Assembly: GCA_964545815.1 (NCBI GenBank)
Contig: CAZJGR010000002.1
Coordinates: 1-60,759, forward strand
Direction: 5' to 3'
From: an uncultured Dehalococcoidaceae bacterium
GTDB lineage: Bacteria; Chloroflexota; Dehalococcoidia; Dehalococcoidales; RBG-16-60-22
Length of the DNA stretch: 60,759 nt
Positions 16,027-23,277 of the stretch are shown piece by piece. The notes under the pieces are model-generated. The model did not search any database. It was not told the origin of the DNA and saw only the letters and a list, made by a program, of their open reading frames with translations. The stretch's first letter is position 1. Every line of letters starts with the position of its first letter. A program made the position numbers and the translations under genes.

Positions 16027-16200
16027 TAGGCAGAGCGTGACCTGCAGGACCTCGCTGTAACCGGCGCGACTTGCTCGACTTTGCGCCAACCGGCGTGGCT
16101 TGCTCGACTTTGAGCGGCAGAGCGCCTGACTGTAGTCAAAGGTAGGCAGAGCGCCGGACTGCGCGCGCCTGGATGCAGAGCGCCGGACTGAGGTAGGCAG
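16027..16200. repeat. block of ~29-bp periodic direct repeats (iteron/centromere-like)
   Basis: AACCGGCG(C/T)G(A/G)CTTGCTCGACTTTG at 16059 and 16088. GCAGAGCGCC(T/G)GACTG at 16118, 16147 and 16175, with a degenerate copy at 16031. The region is noncoding. Confidence 0.8.
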
Positions 16201-16310
16201 GCTGCATTTGGTTAGATTGCGCACTTTTAAGCCATAAGCCGTGCACGGCGCCTGCTTATCGCCAACATACCCCCCCCCACTTTACCGTGCTAGACTTTTG
16301 CCCCTATCCC

Positions 16311-16342
16311 CCCCCTGGACTTTGCCTAGTAAGTCCAGGGGG
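16311..16342. repeat. outer-arm hairpin CCCCCTGGACTT-tgcctagt-AAGTCCAGGGGG
   Basis: Exact 12-bp arms. Confidence 0.9.
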
Positions 16343-16344
16343 CA

Positions 16345-16380
16345 ATAAAAAAGAGAGCGCAGATGACCGCGCCCTCTTCA
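16345..16380 (-). terminator. rho-independent terminator of the second leftward operon
   Basis: Minus strand reads GAAGAGGGCGC-ggtcatct-GCGCTCTCTT followed by TTTTTATT. Confidence 0.75.
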
Positions 16381-16398
16381 CTAGTGAAGCCGCGTACT

Positions 16399-16782
16399 TT
16401 ATAAAAGGCCGTCTAGACCATCTCCGGCCTGGCCCAAGACCTCCCACTCTCGGACCTTGCGCCAGTTGGAGGGAGGAGTATTCGAGAACTCGCCCTGATC
16501 TTGTGGGGCAGGGAGCCCCAGCGCCTCGCGGCCTACAATGACCACCGGCGGTGGGGGAGGTGCACCCTGCCGGCCGCCGGGAGCTACAGACCATTGCAGA
16601 CTGCGCAGAAGCACCAGGCCCACGATGGCCAGCGCCGAGATAGCACCCAGACAAGCCCCAGCGCCGCCGATGGCGACGCCTACGACTACCCCTCGCGCTT
16701 GCGTGTCCAGTGAGAACCAGACTCCGACCGGGATGGCCAGACCAGCCGCGGTGATCAGAACACCTGCCAGAAAGCGATTCAT
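16399..16782 (-). CDS. small membrane protein (127 aa, 2-3 predicted TM segments, Pro-rich linker)
   Basis: Trimmed to ATG 16782 (MNRFLAGVLITAAGL) behind AAAGGGGGA. Confidence 0.6.
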   Translation of the reverse strand: MNRFLAGVLITAAGLAIPVGVWFSLDTQARGVVVGVAIGGAGACLGAISALAIVGLVLLRSLQWSVAPGGRQGAPPPPPVVIVGREALGLPAPQDQGEFSNTPPSNWRKVREWEVLGQAGDGLDGLL

Positions 16783-16891
16783 TCCACTAATCCCCCTTTC
16801 ATTGCCAGAACAGCCAGAATGGAATTGACTGCACCGTCTTCGATTGCGACTTTGACAGAGAAACGATATGCCGGCATCATTCCATTCCATT

Positions 16892-17323
16892 CTACCCGAT
16901 GCGCCTAACTTCCAAATCATCGGCCCGACTGCGAAACCTGGCAGACAGCAACCTCGCTATCGCCAGACGGTGGCAATCATGCGATAGGCGTTCAGAACAG
17001 AGCAAGACGACCGGAAGCCTCGACGTGCGGACTTTGGCCTCAAGAGCCTTCAACCCAAACTCGATGTCTTCAAACCGCCCCTTTTCATTCCGGCTCAGTT
17101 GAGGCAGCCAGATATAGTCGTGCCCGCGTTGTTTAGTGGCCCACTCTAACCCAGGACCATACAGCCGGCACCAACTGCGCCGACTGGCCCGAACATCTAT
17201 AACTAACCACCTGGCGTGAAAATCTTCCAGCCGCTGGAAAAGCTTTTCGGGCATCTGATTGCCATACCCGATCAGCCAAAGCTCGTACTGAGCCACCACG
17301 ACTTCTCCTTTACGCTTGCCCAT
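16892..17323 (-). CDS. DUF488-like protein
   Basis: Trimmed to ATG 17323. LIGYGN...WLVIDVRASRRS...IWLPQL...LLCSERLSHDCHRLAIARLL resembles DUF488. Confidence 0.6.
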   Translation of the reverse strand: MGKRKGEVVVAQYELWLIGYGNQMPEKLFQRLEDFHARWLVIDVRASRRSWCRLYGPGLEWATKQRGHDYIWLPQLSRNEKGRFEDIEFGLKALEAKVRTSRLPVVLLCSERLSHDCHRLAIARLLSARFRSRADDLEVRRIG

Positions 17324-17343
17324 CGTGAACCCTGCCCCTTGAC

Positions 17344-17409
17344 TCTGGACTTGCCTGCCTGTGGCAGACCTACCTAACAGGTAGGCAGACAGGTCAAGAC
17401 AAGTCCAGA
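17344..17409. repeat. full nested element (TCTGGACTT / AAGTCCAGA around GCCTGCCTG.. and CCTACCT-AAC-AGGTAGG)
   Basis: All three palindrome tiers are present. Overlaps the stop codon of the FtsK-like gene. Confidence 0.9.
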
Positions 17410-18704
17410 CTTTCATCAACTAACTGCTTTTTGACTGTTGCGATCGCGGCCGCAACACGAGGAGGATTGACGTCTGTCCCATACTGTTCGATATGCCACC
17501 TGCGGACCAACCGCTGCGAGCATTCTCCCGACGTCTGTAACTGCGCCTTGATAAAGGCTAACATCTCACTTTCAGCGATTGCACCAGGCCGACCAGGCCC
17601 GGGCATCGCCAAGACCTCCCGCAGTTCCTTTTCATCGCCCGAACCTGACCCCGGCTCCTTAACCGCGTGACATTCGACCCGCAAGCCGGCCTGCCTGCGC
17701 CCTGTCTGCCTGACAGGCAGGAGGCAGGCAAGATCGCTTTCGTGAACCAGAGCAGCCTTGAAGCGTGTTTTCTGCCCCTGGTGGACGACTAGCATGTCGC
17801 CCAACCCCAGGAGCCTTTCAGCGTTCGAACCCGGCACGCCTAGAGCGATAGAAGCTTCTGCCGCCGAGTTGACTGCCCCGCTGATCCGGACCGGAAAGTT
17901 AGCTCGCATAAGACCGGCCACAACATCGGCGGATGGCCTCTGCGTCGCAATAATGCAATGTATGCCGGCCTCACGCCCACGCTGCACCAGGCGAGCCAGA
18001 CCCACCTCGACAGGATGACCTCCTACCATGACGAGGTCCGCCACCTCGTCCACGAACAGATACAACGCAGGACGATTGAACCCCTGCCTATCCCGCCGCT
18101 CCAGAGTTTGCAGCAAATGTGTCAGAAGCCCTGTAGCCGACTGCGCATCCTTGCAGCAATCCTCCACCCCCCGCAAACTTGACAGCCCGGCCAACTTGCG
18201 GCCCTTGGGGTCCACGAGGAGAAACCTGGCGTCCTGGACTTTTGACCACAAGACCAGAGAAACCAGCATGGTACACAGAAGCTCTGTCTTCCCTGAGCCT
18301 GTCATGCCGCTTACCAAAGCGTGCGCTGCCGTTGGACTGGACATACACAACAAAAGAGGTACACCTCGATTTGACAGGCCCAGGAGCGCGCTTTGCCCAG
18401 GAGGAGCGCTTTTGAACCGGGTGATTACCTGGTTGAAGGGCACCGAAACCCCATCACTACGGGGGACCTCGATGATCACCCCATCGGGCTGGCTGTTGAC
18501 AATAATTTTAGGGACTTGAAGGGACAACGCAATCTCACGATTAAGACCTTCCAGCTCTCGAACCCGCCGCCCTCGGCCCAACTGAACACGATAGCAAACC
18601 ACCTGCGGCAAGATCTCCCCACCCAGGATGCGAACTGCTATCCCGTAGTCTTTGAGAACCTCTTCGAGTCGGTTTGACTGTAGCTCCAAAAGCCTTCTAT
18701 CCAT
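17394..18704 (-). CDS. soluble FtsK/SpoIIIE/TraB-like dsDNA translocase
   Basis: GMTGSGKTE Walker A, LFVDEVADL Walker B, IIATQRPSADVV, LLGLGDMLV. No TM segment. A ~100-aa C-terminal domain follows an in-frame palindromic element. Confidence 0.9.
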   Translation of the reverse strand: MDRRLLELQSNRLEEVLKDYGIAVRILGGEILPQVVCYRVQLGRGRRVRELEGLNREIALSLQVPKIIVNSQPDGVIIEVPRSDGVSVPFNQVITRFKSAPPGQSALLGLSNRGVPLLLCMSSPTAAHALVSGMTGSGKTELLCTMLVSLVLWSKVQDARFLLVDPKGRKLAGLSSLRGVEDCCKDAQSATGLLTHLLQTLERRDRQGFNRPALYLFVDEVADLVMVGGHPVEVGLARLVQRGREAGIHCIIATQRPSADVVAGLMRANFPVRISGAVNSAAEASIALGVPGSNAERLLGLGDMLVVHQGQKTRFKAALVHESDLACLLPVRQTGRRQAGLRVECHAVKEPGSGSGDEKELREVLAMPGPGRPGAIAESEMLAFIKAQLQTSGECSQRLVRRWHIEQYGTDVNPPRVAAAIATVKKQLVDESLDLS

Positions 18705-18705
18705 C

Positions 18706-19509
18706 TTACCTTACCCCCTCCAGAGCCTTGATGTCCCACAAGACGACTACCCCGTCTCCATTGCGACGGATAGCGCCCATGGCCGCCAACTTGCCAAGAT
18801 GCTGGCCGACCGCTTGACGGGAAACCCGCAACCCCTGGGCAACCTGGGCCTGCGACGCTTGCGGATTGCCGGCAAAAGCTTGCAGGACCGCTTTCGTACC
18901 TTGCCCCAACCTTGCGTATTGATTGCCGGCCTCTTGCCTGGCAATTGCCGCGCCTTGCTCTTTGCTTGCTTCTTGCTTGACAAGCGCTTGCCTGGCAAGC
19001 TCTTCCTCTTGCGCTGATCTTTCAGCTACCTTGACGGCCGCTTGCAGGGCAATTGACTTCTCTTGCCTCTCCCTTGCCTTTTCCTTGCGCTCCGCTTGCT
19101 TGTCAAGTTCGTACTTGCTGACGACTTGTGGCATGGCCAGACCAACCGCACAGGCCACCAGGAGCAGTGGGAACAGGAAACCGAGGAGAAGGTTGCCCCC
19201 AAACTCGTACCTATTGGCAATGACCGAAACCGAAAGAGATGGAACGGCCAGCAGGATGAACGCACCCAGGACGGCCCGATAGAAGCGCCGATCTTGCCGG
19301 GCAAGGTTAGACTCACTCAGCTTTTTGCCGACCTCCACGATAGACCAGGCGACCCACGCCGTATAAAGCTCGACCAGGGCAGCCGCAACCCAAAAGAACG
19401 AAGTGTCGTCTTTGGCCATCGCGAAGAAGAAGTTGGCCAGAGCATTGACCGAACAACCGGCAAACGCAACGATGCCGGCCACAGGCAGGACGTCCTTGTT
19501 AAGCCTCAT
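18706..19509 (-). CDS. membrane-anchored coiled-coil protein with C-terminal winged HTH (DUF2637-like architecture)
   Basis: Trimmed to ATG 19509 behind AAGGGGAGGGG. About 4 N-terminal TM segments, an E/K/Q-rich coiled coil, then QAQVAQGLRVSRQAVGQHLGKLAAMGAI. Confidence 0.7.
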   Translation of the reverse strand: MRLNKDVLPVAGIVAFAGCSVNALANFFFAMAKDDTSFFWVAAALVELYTAWVAWSIVEVGKKLSESNLARQDRRFYRAVLGAFILLAVPSLSVSVIANRYEFGGNLLLGFLFPLLLVACAVGLAMPQVVSKYELDKQAERKEKARERQEKSIALQAAVKVAERSAQEEELARQALVKQEASKEQGAAIARQEAGNQYARLGQGTKAVLQAFAGNPQASQAQVAQGLRVSRQAVGQHLGKLAAMGAIRRNGDGVVVLWDIKALEGVR

Positions 19510-19807
19510 CCACCCCTCCCCTTGTTCCGGCCTCTGGACTTGTCTTGACAAGCTCAGAGATAGTCAACGGCCTGACCAGATAGTGACCGGGTGCAACGTA
19601 CTTACACGCATGAACAGCCAGACCCTCCGGCGACTGAAACCCATCAGCAGCCGCGGGCGATAACCAGACCATCGAGAGCCAGCGTCCAATCTTTCTTTTG
19701 AATTGCACACACAGGTCGGCGATCACTTGCTCGATCTGCCGGCCGCTGTTGTCCCGATAGAGTACGCTCGAGGGCAGACCACTAGCTATCCTGCCTCCGC
19801 TTTTCAA
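19499..19807 (-). CDS. doubtful ORF (102 aa)
   Basis: TTG start and no clear SD. Its 3' end runs through the hairpin at 19532-19559 and the next gene's SD. Confidence 0.25.
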   Translation of the reverse strand: MKSGGRIASGLPSSVLYRDNSGRQIEQVIADLCVQFKRKIGRWLSMVWLSPAAADGFQSPEGLAVHACKYVAPGHYLVRPLTISELVKTSPEAGTRGGVDEA

Positions 19808-20018
19808 AAGTACACCCCCTCCAAAAGTACACCCAGGTATACCTGTTTTGCCCTAACCAGTAGGGCCTTTTGCTCACTTCCCTACTAGATATAAGCGGCC
19901 GCAAATGCCGGCGTACCGTTTGCACCGAACATCCAACAGCAAAGGCAATATTCTTCGATGTGATGGGCCAGTTGTGCCGCTGGAGAAAACTGGCTATCTC
20001 AGCCTGATAACTTTTCAT
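19782..20018 (-). CDS. winged-HTH protein (78 aa)
   Basis: ITSKNIAFAVGCSVQTVRRHLRPL. ATG behind GGAGGTG. ATGA overlap with the upstream gene. Confidence 0.7.
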   Translation of the reverse strand: MKSYQAEIASFLQRHNWPITSKNIAFAVGCSVQTVRRHLRPLISSREVSKRPYWLGQNRYTWVYFWRGCTFEKRRQDS

Positions 20019-20308
20019 CTCACACCTCCAGCCCTGTCTGACGCAGGCAGAAGGAACAGGACCTGAGAGGCCTCAATCCTATCCCCCGTATCTCTGACGT
20101 AAGGAATTTGAAGGGTAGGCGCAAACGATACCCCAAAGGCAAGGGCCACGACATACAGCGCCCGTTGATAACCCGCCTCGTAGGCTGATAGCAGGTCGGC
20201 CTTTTGTACGCCTGCCTGCCGGGCAGCGTCCATCGAGGACGCACTGGCCTCACCGGCAGCAGTCAGGGCGCGCTCAATATCCTCCAGAAAATAGAAGTCA
20301 AGGCCCAT
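20015..20308 (-). CDS. hypothetical protein (97 aa)
   Basis: Tightly coupled to its neighbours. Confidence 0.55.
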   Translation of the reverse strand: MGLDFYFLEDIERALTAAGEASASSMDAARQAGVQKADLLSAYEAGYQRALYVVALAFGVSFAPTLQIPYVRDTGDRIEASQVLFLLPASDRAGGVR

Positions 20309-20309
20309 C

Positions 20310-20525
20310 TTACCGCCTCTTTGCTCCTATCCATTGATAGATAGCCTGCCCCCTCTGTCCATACCAGGCAGGAAGGTTTTTAACTACCCCCGCCCGGACG
20401 AGCCTGCGAAGGCAGTGATAGACCGTTGACTTTGAACAGCCCACCTCCAGAGCGATGGTTTCCGCCGTCCAAAACCCGTCGTGCCTCTTGAGAAACGCAA
20501 CGACATCCATTAAACGGCTTCTCAT
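20310..20525 (-). CDS. winged-HTH protein (71 aa), paralog of 19782..20018
   Basis: Trimmed to ATG 20525 behind GAGGAGG. WTAETIALEVGCSKSTVYHCLRRL. Confidence 0.7.
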   Translation of the reverse strand: MRSRLMDVVAFLKRHDGFWTAETIALEVGCSKSTVYHCLRRLVRAGVVKNLPAWYGQRGQAIYQWIGAKRR

Positions 20526-20576
20526 CAGACTACCTCCTCGTCGGCCAACGCAATTGTCAGCCAACAGTGCCCCTTA

Positions 20577-20616
20577 CTCCTACCTGCGCCCTGTCTCCTG
20601 CCTGCGCAGGTAGGAG
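20577..20616. repeat. 13-bp perfect hairpin CTCCTACCTGCGC...GCGCAGGTAGGAG
   Basis: Arms at 20577-20589 and 20604-20616. A second 10-bp hairpin follows at 20628-20651. Confidence 0.9.
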
Positions 20617-20654
20617 GCAGGGAAGACCAGGGCCCCACGCCTGGGGCCCTGACC

Positions 20655-21266
20655 TTACACCACAAGCCGCGTACCCACTACTTGCTCTGGCTCGCCCGGA
20701 GCTACCGGGACCAGAGCGGAGAGGACCAGGGCCTCTTGTAGCGACGCCAGGATAAACAGATACTCGGCATCGTTGACGTGAGTGATGTCATCATCATGCA
20801 ACCGAACCATGCCGGCATAGGCCCGGCGCAGCAACCGGTTGGCTTGCGTAAATTCCTGGTGGCCTTTGTGAAGCTCCCGGGCCTTAAACGAGATACCGGC
20901 CCTGTAGACATCCATAATGTTAGCGACCTCCTGGCTTACGACCGCCACGGGGTGCAGGACGTCAATGAACTGATCCCACGCGTGAATGGTAAACCGGGTC
21001 AAAACGAACCGACCTTGCTGCGCCCGCCAATCCACCGTAACCTGCCCCACATTTGTCTCAGCGAGCATTGAGATTGTAGACACCAGATACCGGCCGATTA
21101 GGTCCTTATTGACGCCTGGCATAGAGTGACCGTTAGCGTCCAATTGGACGGGCGGCCGATACAACGTAACATTGCGGCCGGCAACGAGACCGGCTTCCTG
21201 GTGGGCCTCGCGCCCATCATAGATTGTTACATTCGTGTCCCGTTTCTTTCTAAACAAACCGAACAT
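20655..21266 (-). CDS. hypothetical protein (203 aa)
   Basis: ATG behind GAAGGGAGG. Confidence 0.65.
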   Translation of the reverse strand: MFGLFRKKRDTNVTIYDGREAHQEAGLVAGRNVTLYRPPVQLDANGHSMPGVNKDLIGRYLVSTISMLAETNVGQVTVDWRAQQGRFVLTRFTIHAWDQFIDVLHPVAVVSQEVANIMDVYRAGISFKARELHKGHQEFTQANRLLRRAYAGMVRLHDDDITHVNDAEYLFILASLQEALVLSALVPVAPGEPEQVVGTRLVV

Positions 21267-21316
21267 CGTCGAGTACCTCCCTTCAAATTTGACTTTAACG
21301 AGAAACTAACCTGCCT

Positions 21317-21335
21317 GCCTACCTGTTAGGTAGGC
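21317..21335. repeat. inner palindrome GCCTACCT-GTT-AGGTAGGC
   Basis: Exact arms. Confidence 0.9.
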
Positions 21336-21344
21336 CTGCCCACC

Positions 21345-21656
21345 TCACCCCATACTCACCTCCTTGCCCTCATCGGCTAACATGATTGTAAGACCACATA
21401 AGCCGCCCTCAGCGATGCGACCCACGATCTTAACGGGCAGAAACTTTTGAGACCCGAACCGAACATGGAACGGGATAACCAGGCCCGGGTCGAGCATGTC
21501 CTGTTTGAGATAGTCACGAATAGCCCGCCTGGCCTGGCGCAACACAACCCTGACCCGCTTTCCTAACCCTGGCCCTTGCAGGACCTCGACCAGCCTGGCC
21601 GAGAACTTGACCGGATAATTGAACCGCAACCCCTGAGCCGCCTTTGTGACGTCCAT
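21345..21656 (-). CDS. hypothetical protein (103 aa)
   Basis: ATG 21656 shares its A with the TAA stop of the upstream membrane-protein gene (TAATG coupling). Confidence 0.55.
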   Translation of the reverse strand: MDVTKAAQGLRFNYPVKFSARLVEVLQGPGLGKRVRVVLRQARRAIRDYLKQDMLDPGLVIPFHVRFGSQKFLPVKIVGRIAEGGLCGLTIMLADEGKEVSMG

Positions 21657-22498
21657 TAAGTCTTTTCCCCTACCAGACAGCCTGCCGTGGCCAGCACCGG
21701 CCATAGACTGAAAATACCGAAGTAAGGGCTGATCAGAAGCCCCAAGAGTAAGCATAGCCAGACCTCCCTGCGGAAGCACTGGACTTTGCTTGCTAACCAC
21801 AGAACAGGGACAAGCCAGAGAAGCGAGAACGGCCCCAGGAGCCTCCACAAGCTGGCGTTCCAACCCATGTTCATACTGCCGGCAACCTGCAACCCCTGGA
21901 CAAACGGGACGATCCACCACTGCCCTGTTAGTAGATAGTCGGCAAGAGTAGTCACTACCCCCATCATGAAGGGGACGAGCAATGCGCGACGCATCCCGGG
22001 CCAGAAAGCTACCATAAGGAAAAACATCAGGCAGGGGACCCAGGCCAGCTGCGGCTTGAATAGCATTAAGGCCATCCCCGAACCTACCCAGTCCCATCGG
22101 GAGGGCACATACTCCCATCCCAATAAGGCCAGCGTTAGACCGGCCAGAAATACCGCATCGAAAAGGTGCCCGTAGACCAATGCCGGCAAGAAGACCGGGC
22201 TAAGAAGCACAACCCAGGCAGGAGTCCGCCAGACCTTACATGCCCACAGGCAGACCAGGATGTCAATCAGCCAGACCACGATCAGCGCCACCTCCCGAGG
22301 CAGGAGCCCCAGGAGCCGCAAGACCCAGGTGCACGGTACGGGGTACCAGTACCGCGTCACCGAGTACGGTTGCAGAGTCCTCCCGGCCGGCCAGAGGTGC
22401 ACCGAGAAATCGTCCCTGCCCGTTGGCAAGACCATGATCACCATGGCCACCAGCAACCCCAGGGCGATACCCCACTCGATTGCCTTGCTCATGCTCAT
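21656..22498 (-). CDS. polytopic membrane protein (~9-10 TM), possibly GT-C/DUF2029-like glycosyltransferase
   Basis: Hydrophobic segments run throughout. The family call is a weak impression only. Confidence 0.7.
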   Translation of the reverse strand: MSMSKAIEWGIALGLLVAMVIMVLPTGRDDFSVHLWPAGRTLQPYSVTRYWYPVPCTWVLRLLGLLPREVALIVVWLIDILVCLWACKVWRTPAWVVLLSPVFLPALVYGHLFDAVFLAGLTLALLGWEYVPSRWDWVGSGMALMLFKPQLAWVPCLMFFLMVAFWPGMRRALLVPFMMGVVTTLADYLLTGQWWIVPFVQGLQVAGSMNMGWNASLWRLLGPFSLLWLVPVLWLASKVQCFRREVWLCLLLGLLISPYFGIFSLWPVLATAGCLVGEKT

Positions 22499-22824
22499 AA
22501 GGCCCTCCAGATTACCCTCGGTGGGTCCACGTCGTCCCTAAACAAAGCCATACTTTCATCCGGGCAGGGCAGGGGCTTGTCTTCGCCTACACGAGGCAGA
22601 GCAGACGGCATCCGATACAGACGGGCCCCTTGCCATTCCTCAACCTTCTCCATGTTTTCGACCCCCAGGACGACCTTTTTGACCGCCGCATTGAAGCCGA
22701 GAGCGTCGCATACATCGGCCAGGACGAGCAATACCGGCGCCTCTGTTTCTGCCAGGTTTGCGCCGTCTTTTTCCAGGTCCTCCCGTAGACGGCGTAACCC
22801 CTTAAGCATACCCAAATAGTCCAT
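22495..22824 (-). CDS. hypothetical protein (109 aa)
   Basis: ATG behind AAGGGGG. Confidence 0.6.
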   Translation of the reverse strand: MDYLGMLKGLRRLREDLEKDGANLAETEAPVLLVLADVCDALGFNAAVKKVVLGVENMEKVEEWQGARLYRMPSALPRVGEDKPLPCPDESMALFRDDVDPPRVIWRAL

Positions 22825-22862
22825 CTAACTATACCCCCTTATTGCTTAATTTAATCCTTCTC

Positions 22863-23114
22863 TTACCGGGCTTGAGGAGGGGCTTCCTTGACCGCCTCTT
22901 TCTCACTGGTCAGTCGGGCTTCGTATTCGTTCATCGCTTTGGTCAGGACCCCAATGTCCTGCCGGCCCAACCACTCATCCACAAGCCCCCGAACGATCTC
23001 CGCAACAGATAGTCCTCGCGCCAGGCAGACCAGCTTTAGCAAGCGATGGGTCTTTACAGAGACCGGGATAACAAGCACTGATTGAGATGACCTCTTGACT
23101 CTTTGCTTTGGCAT
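22863..23114 (-). CDS. ribbon-helix-helix (CopG/Arc-like) regulator
   Basis: SVLVIPVSVKTHRLLKLVCLARGLSVAEIVRGLVDEWL. First gene downstream of promoter 23148-23176. Confidence 0.75.
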   Translation of the reverse strand: MPKQRVKRSSQSVLVIPVSVKTHRLLKLVCLARGLSVAEIVRGLVDEWLGRQDIGVLTKAMNEYEARLTSEKEAVKEAPPQAR

Positions 23115-23134
23115 GTACCCTTCCCTCCCTTATA

Positions 23135-23147
23135 AGTACTATGTACT
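23135..23147. promoter_or_regulatory. operator-like palindrome AGTAC-TAT-GTACT over the leftward transcription start
   Basis: Exact 5-bp arms. Also reads as tandem GTACTAT GTACTAT (23136-23149). Confidence 0.6.
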
Positions 23148-23176
23148 ATTGTATCACAAACCACTGTTCTTGTCAA
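23148..23176 (-). promoter_or_regulatory. sigma70-type promoter P-L2 (TTGACA-17-TGaTACAAT)
   Basis: On the minus strand, -35 is at 23176-23171 and -10 at 23153-23148. 17-nt spacer with TGn. Confidence 0.75.
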
Positions 23177-23219
23177 TAGCGAAGTATATAAAACTAGTAA
23201 CTTTTACCTCTGTAAACCT

Positions 23220-23243
23220 CTGAATTTATCATGATAAGTCCAG
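23220..23243. repeat. 24-bp element CTGAATTTATCATGATAAGTCCAG (core palindrome TTATCATGATAA)
   Basis: Exact reverse complement of 56930-56953. Ends 5 nt before the -35 of the late promoter. Confidence 0.9.
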
Positions 23244-23248
23244 GGCGC

Positions 23249-23277
23249 TTGACAAAATGTACCAACGGGAGTATACT
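23249..23277 (+). promoter_or_regulatory. sigma70-type promoter P-late (TTGACA-17-TATACT)
   Basis: -35 at 23249-23254, -10 at 23272-23277, spacer exactly 17 nt. Confidence 0.75.

Noticed and set aside
16059-16200. Possibility that the 29-bp periodic repeats are a mini CRISPR array.
   Set aside because: The conserved part is ~16 nt and the variable part only ~12-13 nt. There are two different repeat types and no cas genes. An iteron/centromere-like interpretation fits better.
15539-16224. ORF-track frames 15539..15871(+), 15646..15882(+), 15611..15970(-), 15901..16224(-), 15936..16139(-).
   Set aside because: They are low-complexity Pro/Arg/Ser/Leu frames. They cross the promoter and repeat blocks and lack an SD. 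The region is better explained as structured RNA plus repeats.
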